From Prasinococcaceae sp. CCMP 1430 (lineage: Eukaryota > Plantae > Prasinodermophyta): DNA of 64,000 nucleotides. The stretch spans positions 62,001 to 126,000 of the forward strand of contig RQSC01000031.1 of assembly GCA_013416795.1 (NCBI GenBank), written 5' to 3'. Shown here piece after piece: positions 56,126 to 64,000 of the stretch. The number at the start of each line of letters is the position of its first letter. The stretch's first letter is position 1. The position numbers and the translations under genes are program-made. The notes below the pieces were generated by a model. That model ran no database searches, had not been told where the DNA came from, and was given only the letters and a program-made list of their open reading frames with translations.

Positions 56126-57633
56126 GCAAGCGCGCCCGCCGCAGCCACTGCCAGCCAGCTCTCGCCCGCGCGCGCGTCGAGCGGGCGGGCGGGCGCGCCG
56201 GTGGCGCGTGGCCAGTTTTAATGCACGCCGAGAGACGTTTGAGGAACTGTTTCATGCCGCGGCCGATAGTATGAGGTTCCCTGATCCCAGTTGACCCAAT
56301 ATGCCACTCCAGGGAGGACCCTTGCCTTCTAACCTCAAGGAGATCCAGACCCCCAACGCACAGACATCCCAACGCCAGGGTTGTACCATTTCTCATGCGT
56401 GGGTCAGAATGCATTATTGTTATTCGCATGCATCCCGACGCCTGGATGAAGGCACTTTCAAGTGCCGCAGCCCGCGTGACCCTCGCGAGCAGCGCACCGG
56501 CGCGCGTTATGCTGTCCGCGCTCGGCGGCAGCCTCTCGGAGGGGTTGAGGGTGGTGCTACCGTTGATGGCAGGGTGGGTGGGCTTCTGCGCCGCGCCGCC
56601 TGCTGGCGCCATCCAGGTGTCACGCCTCGATGGGCCCCGAGGGCTGCTCGCGTCGCGCTCAAAGGCCGCACGCCCACGCGCCCTCAGAGCTCGGCCAGCT
56701 CTCACCCAACGGCGACACGCGGCACGCAGAGCCTGAGGTCGACGTCAACGCGGAGAAGTCGCGCCGCCAATTGCATCTGACTTCTCGGAAAGCCCTTTCG
56801 ACCGCGTGCCGGCCGCGAGCGCGACAGCCGGAGTGCCGTGCGAAGCTGCGGAAGGGACGGGGGCGGATCGCCGTCGTTCTCGCCGCAATCGATCCGATTC
56901 GGCCCTCCTCCGAAGTTTGCACTGAGGGGCCGTTGGAGTCTGCGCTCGGCCCCGCGCGCGACGTCCGCACACGTCGACGGCTCCGATGGAAATATATGGG
57001 CGGACGATAGATCGAATTTTGGGCGGCGGGAAGAGGTGGAGAAGGCCATCCCGTTTTTTTTTCTGGAACTTTTTCACGGGCGCTCTTTTCTTCGGCCGCG
57101 CATGGGATTCTGACTTTGACTTTGACTTCGGGCTCGATTTTGGGGACGGCCTCGGGTCCGATTCGCGGAAGGCGGCGAGTTCGGGCGCGGGGCGCCGCGG
57201 TTTGCCGGCGTCCCGCGCGTGCTCAGCAACCGGCTGATTCACCGGTGCTCTGCGTGCTCAGGAGGCTCCGCGCGCGCTGCGCCCAGCACGTACCATCGAA
57301 CCCAAAAACTGCCGTACACGCGCGTGTGTGCCCCCCGCCCCCGAATCGGATGATTTTGTGGGCGTCTCTGGCGCGCGAGCGCGTCGGGCGCGGGGGCGTT
57401 CGCGGGGGCGTCGGCAGGGATTCGATGGGTGGTAATTGTTGCGCGTTTTTTTTTTTTCGGCGATTCGATTTCGAAGCGCGAAAANTCCGCAGCGAGCCGC
57501 GCCGCGCCGCGCCACCTCGCGCGGGGCTCGACCGGGCCGCATCTGCGACGAGTGAGCACGCTCGAACCGCCGCCAGCGGCGGCTCGCGCCTCGTGTGTGG
57601 CGACGTGCCGCCGGGCGTGGGCCCACCGACAGA

Positions 57634-60600
57634 ATGCGCGCGCGGCTACGGTACGACGACGAGGGCCGCGGGCCTCCCGCGCGACCCGCGGGGAGGCACC
57701 CGGCAGCGGCGCCGTCGCGGCGCGGCGCTGCCTCCGTCGTCAGCGCCCTGCTCCCGTGCCTCCTCTTGTCGCTCGCCGCCGCCGCGCGCCGCGTCGCCGC
57801 CCAGCCGCCGTCCGCCTCGCAGCAGCCGGCGGCAGCCGGGGGTGAGAGCTGTGCGGCGGTGCGGCTCGTGACGCACGCAAACGCCTACGGCGGGCACGAG
57901 GCTCGCTGGAGGTTGTCGCCGTGCGTGACCGGCGCCGCGGGCCCCGTGCGTTCGGGGCCCTTCTGCACCGCCGTGGTGAGCGGCCCCGGCGGTGCCGCCG
58001 CCGTCGCTGGGAGCGCGCCCCGGTATGTGGGCGCTGACGAGGACGTGCTCGCGGCAGTGGCCAAGGGCGGCGGCGGCGGCGGCGGGTCCGGCGCGGAGCC
58101 CACCGACTTCGCGCTGGTGGAGTCCACAGCATGCGACGAATTCGCCGCGGCGAGCGCCGCGGCGCTCGGCGGCGACGAGGGCGCGCTGCCCGTCGCGCAC
58201 GAGGTGGAGACGTGCCTGCCCGCGGGGACGTACACGCTTCAGATGTACGACGAGGGCCGAGACGGGTGGACGGGCTCGTGTGCGCGCTTCTCCGCGGCGG
58301 GGGAGTGCCTGCGCGAGTACGTTGCGGTGGACGTGTGGGCAGACGCGCCGGAGGGCTCCGAGGACGGTCAGCCAGTACAGCTTCTCGCGCGCGCCGGCGA
58401 GAACTTCGTCAGCGGCGGTCGCGCTGACGCAACGTTCGAGGTGCCCGCCTCTCTGCTCAAAGGCGGCGGCGACGACTCGCCGCTCACCATCGGCGCTGGC
58501 ATGCGCCTGAGCATCACAGAGCCTGACGCCGACGGCACGATGAACGTGACGCTGGACGCGCCGCTGCCCCGCGAAGTGAAGCTGCTGAAGCTGTCGCTGA
58601 AGGTGACGGACGGGGCAACAGCGGTGGCGCCGGTCGTGCTGAACGCGACAGGCGGCGTCGCGGCAGAGGTCGGGATGGCGCTGCAGCCGGCGGGCTCGCA
58701 GCTCGTCATCAGCGGGCTGGGTGCGGCGGGCACTGCGCTGCCCTCGGGGGCGTCCGGCCTCCTGGTGAGGCTCTCGGTTGACACACGCCTGGCGGGTCAG
58801 TCCGTGTGCGCGAGCGGAGAGGCCCTTGGCGTGGACCAGAAGGACATGGTCGTGAGCGTCACATGCAGGGACGGCAGTGGGGAGGTCGTCGGCACGCTTG
58901 GCGGCACGGCGGCCTTCGCTGACGAAGTCTCGGCCGCGTGCCACGCCGAGCTGGCGCTGCCGCCGCCTTCGTTTGCCCTGAGGCAGCCAATGCTGTGGGA
59001 CGCGGCGGTGGACATCGGCGGCGAGGGCTGTCGGGCCCCACAGCAGAACAGCTCGAGCGCCAACGCCGGCGGCGCTGGCAACGCGACCACGGGACCCGTG
59101 CCGCCCGCAGGCGAGGGGGGGGACGCCTGCGAGTGCGTGGCCGTGTGCGATCGGGTGCGCACTGCCGATGCCTCGCCCAGCCCGCGGTGCTACGCGGCGT
59201 GCACCGACGACGGCTCAATGGCCTACGCTGCGTCCCTCGGAGAGCTGCGAGCGGCGATGCTCGATCCGGCGGTCGGCGCAATCGCCCTCACCGACAACAT
59301 CGAGCTGGACCGAGACTTTGATGGTGAGTGGCTCGGTGTCGCCATGGGCCCATCGGCCGTCAAGGAGGGGGGGCAGCTTCCGTTCTTCGCCCTCCCGCAG
59401 CTCACGGACAGGGCGCTCGCGATCGTTGGGCGGTGCGGCGCGGACGGTCTGTCGCCGTGCGTGCTCGATGGGAAGCGCCGCGCGGGCATCTTCCTCGTCG
59501 GCCCGGACGCGCACCTCACGCTTCACAACATCGTTTTGCAGAACGCGATGCTAACCAACGCGGGCAACAACGCCACCGACGGCGAGGCGCTCGCGGCCAT
59601 GTCCGTGGCGTCTGGTGGGCCAGCTCTGTCGCTGGTGATAAGCGGGAGTGCATGGCTCAGCTCTGTCACGGTACGCCACAACCGTGGCGTCAATGGCGGC
59701 GCCGTGGCCATCAACGGGCAAGACATGCACTTCACCTGCGAGACATGTGAGATGTACGGAAATTGGGCGCTCGAGGCTTTCAGGGCCGCGCCCGCCCCTT
59801 CAGGCGCCGGCGGCGCCGGCGGTGCGCTTGGCGCGGGCGCCCCCCAGGCGCCCGACGCTACATCGGCGGCCGCGTGCAGCCTGTATGTCCCGTCCAACGG
59901 TGGCGCGCTGTGGGCGAGCGGGCCGCGCAACTCCATCGCGCTCGCGAACAGCATCTTTCTCGCGAATAAGGCGTGGTTCACAGGGGGCGCTGTCTTCATC
60001 GAGCCCTCCAGCGAGGAGACTTCGCTGGTGGTGGACGGCAGCACTTTCCTGGACAACTACCAACAGGGGACTGAGGAGGGCATCGACACCCTCAGCGCCA
60101 ACCCCATTTGCGGCGGCGGCAATGCGTCTGCCCAGCTCGTCAGCACGTGGAATGGCGGCGTCGGTGTCCAGCCGCGCGATGAGGTTGACGTGTTCATCAC
60201 GAGCGACCGCGTCACGATGACCTTGAGTCCCTGGTCGTTCGGGCAGTTCGACGAGACGCCCATCAATGCGCCCGGCCTGGAGTGGAAGTCAGTCGTGGCG
60301 GGCGCGCCAGCCGTGCGGGCGTACCCGGCCGTCCAGAGCTCCCAGGTTGGCTCGGCACGCAACAGTGGCAACTTCTCCGACTCGCAGGTGGCGCGCGCCC
60401 TCACGCCAGAGAGTCACGTGCCCTACGTCACCCTGCTGCCCCTGCCGCGCTTCGCTGCGCGCGAGCAGGCCGCCGCGGGGGCGCCTTCCATCTTTCAGCA
60501 GGCGCAGGGCGGGCAAGATGGCCCGTCGGATTGGTGCGCCTCTGCGAGCCCTGGCACTCCTCCGCCGCTCTCGGTCGCGCAGGGGGTTGGCGGCAGCTCG

Positions 60601-63600
60601 GACGAGGGCTGGCCTTGCGTCGTGCGCATCGCCGCTGGCTCCCCAGCCTTCGAGGACCCAGGCGCCGCGGCTACCAAGTGGCTTTTCGGGGACCGCTCGC
60701 ATCTCGTGACCGTGAGCACCAACTACAGCGGCGACAACACGAACGTTGGCCTCTACCTCTTTGAGTACGATGCCGTCGACACGGACGGTGCGGTGGCAAC
60801 CTCCGCCTACCGCTGGCTGGTCGTCGAAGATGGCACGCCACCCGTCGCGGGCAACGTCAATTGGGCGCCCTTCGTCACCGACCCGCAAAAGTTCGCAGTG
60901 ACCTGGCGCGGCTTTGAAGACCCGGAGTCCAGCATCGTGTCGTACGAGTGGGGCGTCGGCTCCGAGCCCCATGAGAACTGCACTCGCCGGGGCGACGCGC
61001 AGGCGACCTGCCCGGACGTGCGCGCCTTCGACTCCTACTCGAGCAGCGTGGGCGACGAGTGTGAGTGCCGGTGCGTGGATCCGACGGCGGCGTCCGACGC
61101 GCTGAACGCCACGTCGCAGCCCGAGCTGCCCACTGTGCCGTGCGACCCGCTGCCGCCTGTGCTCTCGAGCCTGAAGGACGGGTGCACCTGTCCGCCGAGT
61201 CTGGCGACGCAGGGCAAGTGCGCGGTCGAGTACACGTGCGTGCATGACATCTGGAAGCGCACCCTGACTGAATTGGGCGATGGCGGCACGTACCATGGCA
61301 TCGTTCGCGCATGGAATGCGTATGGCAAGCTGATCACCGTGTCGTCGCCTGGCGTGCTCGTGGATGCCACCCCTCCGGCCATCGACGAGGCGCTCGCGGG
61401 CAGCGTTCGCTGCGGGCCGTTTTGCGCCGAGTCTGACGGCGACGACAGCATGGCTTCGCTGTCTGCTGACGTGCAGGCGGAAAGGGACAGCATTGTGTGC
61501 TGCTGGCCAGACTTCGCGGACGCGCCGAGGTCACTTTGCGCCGGCTGCAAGGGCTCTGGGCTCGCAAGCGTTTCGGTTGAACTCATCGAAAGGAGTCTCA
61601 ACCAGCAGCAAGTGAAGAGCGGCGGCGAGCAGCAGGACGGCGGCGGCGCAGCAACCGCGATTGGCGCCGTGGTGGGCACCGCCAGCCTGCTCTCCGGGAG
61701 CCCCAGCGCCCCAGCCGGGCGTGCGCCCAGCACTTCGTCGGATGAGGAGTCCCTAGTTGGCGGCAGCGGACAGGGCAGGGTCGCCAACGTCACCAAGCAC
61801 GTGCCCGCGGTCGACGACGCAGTTGGAAATGGCGGCGGGGCCCCGAACGGGTCCGTCGCACGCGCGGGCTACTCGGTTCTGAAATTCAAGCTGGCGGCCG
61901 ACGGCGCGGCGTCGTCGGGCCAGCCTGAGGGCGTGCTGCAGCGCTCCCTGAGGGACGCGCACTCGTACAGCGTGAAGGTCGTTGCGCGGGATCTTGCTGG
62001 AAACGTCGCTCCCGCTGTCCTTTCAACCAAACCCGCCGTCATCGACGTGCAGCTCCCGCCGCAAGGATCGCGTCTGGTGGTTTTTGCCTCCGAGCTGCCC
62101 ACCGAGGTTGGCGCCCAGCAGATCTGGGACCCGCCACCGGCGGTGGCGCTCGTCTTCCCAACCGCCGCTGAGATGGACCAGCTGGTCGGCCCGTACTTCG
62201 CGAGGGCCAGCCCCGCGAACGCGAGTGCCTGTGAGACGCCCTCAGATGCTGCCGAGAACAGCTGCTTCGTCGCGGTCGGAATCGGGGGCAGGCGCGAGGA
62301 GTTCGTCACTTCCGAGTTCGTTCCAATATCCGCGCTCAGCAGCAGCGGCGGCAGCGGCATTGGGAGCTCGTCGACTTCATCGTCTTCGTCTGGGCGTCGG
62401 GGCAGGCGCCTCTTGCAACAAGATGGCGAGGTGGACGGCGGTGGCGACGCGGCGGAGGAGAATGGCGCTTCGGACACGCCGGGGATGCTCCCGCCCGCTT
62501 TCAACACGGTTGCTGAATGGTGTGCCGCAGAGCCGGGGTGCTTTGGCGTCGCGACCATGCAGGACCTCGTCGTGGCGGGACCGACCACCAATGGCACGTT
62601 CGCGCTGACGTTTGACATGAGCGACCCCGCCTACAACGTGCGTGTCGAGCCCGCGTCCTCGCCCACAGTCCAGGTGCGCGAGTGCCTCGACAACGAGGTG
62701 TTGTCCCTGAACGCTGGCTTTCCATGGTGCGAGCCCGTAAAGTGCGGCACGGGCGCATACCTGAACACGACACTTCGCAACGAGACCTCGGAGGCTGCCG
62801 CAGGCGGCAACGCAAGCTTGGTGATAGAACTCGTGCAGCAGAACGCGTGCGTACAATGCCCCACGGGCACGGCTTCCGCAAACGCGACCAACAACACTGC
62901 GTGCGCGCCATGCGAGCCCGGGACCTTCGCTGCCTCAATCGGCTTCGGAGCGTGCACCCCGTGTCCGCAGGGCACGTACCAGCCCACAGACGGCGAGGAT
63001 GAATGCGTTGCGTGCCCCGAGGGCTCGACGACCCTGGGGCTCGGCGCGGCATCCGTGGACGAGTGCCGGTGCAAGGCCAGCTTTTACAACGAACGCCAGT
63101 TCCAAGCCGGCGAGGGCAACGTGACGGACGCGGTCTGTCTGCTCGGATTCGACAGCAGCAAAGTGAACTTGGACGATCTATCGCTGTGCGGCGCGCCGCC
63201 CGAGGATCTAGACGCTGTTGTCACGGCATCGGCCCCATGCCCGTTGGCGTGTCCCTTCCAGGACGGGGCGCTCTGCGTGCGCTGCGCAGCCCCGGCGTCC
63301 TGCCTGCAGTGCCCCGAGGGCGGCAGCTGCGCGGGCTTCGAGCAGCTATCGCCCACGCTGGCGGTCGATGGTGCGCCAAAGAACCTCGCCGGGTACTGGG
63401 GCGACCCGCGTTTCCCGACCACCTTCTACACGTGCAAGGAGGATAGATGCGACTCGGACTTTTCGTGCTATGAAGGCTACGCTGGGACCATGTGCGAGGC
63501 GTGCGCCGACGGCTATAGCCGCGTGGTGGGCGAGTGCCTACGGTGCTCGCCGGCCTGGTACGTCGGCGAGGCGCTTCTGATCCCGCTCATTGTCGTAGCC

Positions 63601-64000
63601 TGGGTGGGCCTCAACCTCCTCTCGTTGAGTAGCCCCGGGCTGGGCCTGATGATGAACTTCTTCCAGAAGGTGGCGGTGCTGCTGGTGTTTGACGTGGTAT
63701 GGCCCAGCACGCTCGGCCGCATCTTCAACGCCCTTTCGTTCTTCGCGTTCAGCGTGTCGTTCGTGACGCCCGGATGCATCTTCGGCGGCTGGAGCGCGCA
63801 GGCGTCGTTCTTCGTGCAGGCAATGCTCCCCGTGGCCGCGGCCATGTTGTACTTTGGCCGGCACGCCGCGATCGTGCTCTGGCACAGCAGACAGCAGGGA
63901 CGTCTCAGAACGAGCTACACGGCACTGGCACGGCCGCAGCCCGGTCAGACGCGCGCGCAGCGCGCGGAGCAGCACGCCCGGCGCGCCGCGGCGCATTGGC
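57634..64000 (+). CDS. Giant (>2100 aa, apparently intronless) cell-surface multi-pass membrane protein; runs off the right edge
   Basis: Frame open from ATG 57634; signal peptide; GGAV/FxxN beta-helix repeats; Ig/FN3-like repeats; GCC2/GCC3-type Cys repeats; TM helices from about 63560. Confidence 0.88.
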   Translation, partial: MRARLRYDDEGRGPPARPAGRHPAAAPSRRGAASVVSALLPCLLLSLAAAARRVAAQPPSASQQPAAAGGESCAAVRLVTHANAYGGHEARWRLSPCVTGAAGPVRSGPFCTAVVSGPGGAAAVAGSAPRYVGADEDVLAAVAKGGGGGGGSGAEPTDFALVESTACDEFAAASAAALGGDEGALPVAHEVETCLPAGTYTLQMYDEGRDGWTGSCARFSAAGECLREYVAVDVWADAPEGSEDGQPVQLLARAGENFVSGGRADATFEVPASLLKGGGDDSPLTIGAGMRLSITEPDADGTMNVTLDAPLPREVKLLKLSLKVTDGATAVAPVVLNATGGVAAEVGMALQPAGSQLVISGLGAAGTALPSGASGLLVRLSVDTRLAGQSVCASGEALGVDQKDMVVSVTCRDGSGEVVGTLGGTAAFADEVSAACHAELALPPPSFALRQPMLWDAAVDIGGEGCRAPQQNSSSANAGGAGNATTGPVPPAGEGGDACECVAVCDRVRTADASPSPRCYAACTDDGSMAYAASLGELRAAMLDPAVGAIALTDNIELDRDFDGEWLGVAMGPSAVKEGGQLPFFALPQLTDRALAIVGRCGADGLSPCVLDGKRRAGIFLVGPDAHLTLHNIVLQNAMLTNAGNNATDGEALAAMSVASGGPALSLVISGSAWLSSVTVRHNRGVNGGAVAINGQDMHFTCETCEMYGNWALEAFRAAPAPSGAGGAGGALGAGAPQAPDATSAAACSLYVPSNGGALWASGPRNSIALANSIFLANKAWFTGGAVFIEPSSEETSLVVDGSTFLDNYQQGTEEGIDTLSANPICGGGNASAQLVSTWNGGVGVQPRDEVDVFITSDRVTMTLSPWSFGQFDETPINAPGLEWKSVVAGAPAVRAYPAVQSSQVGSARNSGNFSDSQVARALTPESHVPYVTLLPLPRFAAREQAAAGAPSIFQQAQGGQDGPSDWCASASPGTPPPLSVAQGVGGSSDEGWPCVVRIAAGSPAFEDPGAAATKWLFGDRSHLVTVSTNYSGDNTNVGLYLFEYDAVDTDGAVATSAYRWLVVEDGTPPVAGNVNWAPFVTDPQKFAVTWRGFEDPESSIVSYEWGVGSEPHENCTRRGDAQATCPDVRAFDSYSSSVGDECECRCVDPTAASDALNATSQPELPTVPCDPLPPVLSSLKDGCTCPPSLATQGKCAVEYTCVHDIWKRTLTELGDGGTYHGIVRAWNAYGKLITVSSPGVLVDATPPAIDEALAGSVRCGPFCAESDGDDSMASLSADVQAERDSIVCCWPDFADAPRSLCAGCKGSGLASVSVELIERSLNQQQVKSGGEQQDGGGAATAIGAVVGTASLLSGSPSAPAGRAPSTSSDEESLVGGSGQGRVANVTKHVPAVDDAVGNGGGAPNGSVARAGYSVLKFKLAADGAASSGQPEGVLQRSLRDAHSYSVKVVARDLAGNVAPAVLSTKPAVIDVQLPPQGSRLVVFASELPTEVGAQQIWDPPPAVALVFPTAAEMDQLVGPYFARASPANASACETPSDAAENSCFVAVGIGGRREEFVTSEFVPISALSSSGGSGIGSSSTSSSSSGRRGRRLLQQDGEVDGGGDAAEENGASDTPGMLPPAFNTVAEWCAAEPGCFGVATMQDLVVAGPTTNGTFALTFDMSDPAYNVRVEPASSPTVQVRECLDNEVLSLNAGFPWCEPVKCGTGAYLNTTLRNETSEAAAGGNASLVIELVQQNACVQCPTGTASANATNNTACAPCEPGTFAASIGFGACTPCPQGTYQPTDGEDECVACPEGSTTLGLGAASVDECRCKASFYNERQFQAGEGNVTDAVCLLGFDSSKVNLDDLSLCGAPPEDLDAVVTASAPCPLACPFQDGALCVRCAAPASCLQCPEGGSCAGFEQLSPTLAVDGAPKNLAGYWGDPRFPTTFYTCKEDRCDSDFSCYEGYAGTMCEACADGYSRVVGECLRCSPAWYVGEALLIPLIVVAWVGLNLLSLSSPGLGLMMNFFQKVAVLLVFDVVWPSTLGRIFNALSFFAFSVSFVTPGCIFGGWSAQASFFVQAMLPVAAAMLYFGRHAAIVLWHSRQQGRLRTSYTALARPQPGQTRAQRAEQHARRAAAHW

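Noticed and set aside
56150-57480. ORFs and possible transposon remnant in the 1.3-kb spacer
   Set aside because: No recognisable domain, TIR or TSD; no consistent codon bias.

Overview
Gene-dense, very GC-rich eukaryotic nuclear DNA from a green alga. Evidence: short GT-AG introns, nucleus-encoded plastid proteins (ISPE, HDR, CPX, plastid uS13, PHT4) and plant-type TTTAGGG motifs. A prasinophyte-grade lineage such as Prasinoderma is only my inference. I support about 32 protein-coding genes; most long ORFs in the supplied track are antisense shadows. No rRNA, tRNA, CRISPR array or transposase was recognised. Assembly gaps: N-runs at 10305-10324 and 20458-20506, and single Ns at 6217, 42088 and 57485; several genes lack a recoverable 5' end. 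Family calls come from remembered sequence motifs, not database searches. Strongest leads: (1) an inward-rectifier K+ channel fused to a CPFC-type DHAR/CLIC-like GST domain; (2) a single-chain MPC1-MPC2 mitochondrial pyruvate carrier; (3) a trefoil-domain GT2 glycosyltransferase next to a divergent Stealth-family phosphotransferase; (4) a YEATS-like/SAM/TKL kinase; (5) a perfect 30-bp hairpin over both candidate purU start codons; (6) a CEP19-like stub in frame with a peroxisomal CHY1; (7) a giant receptor-like surface protein; (8) several cilia-associated genes.
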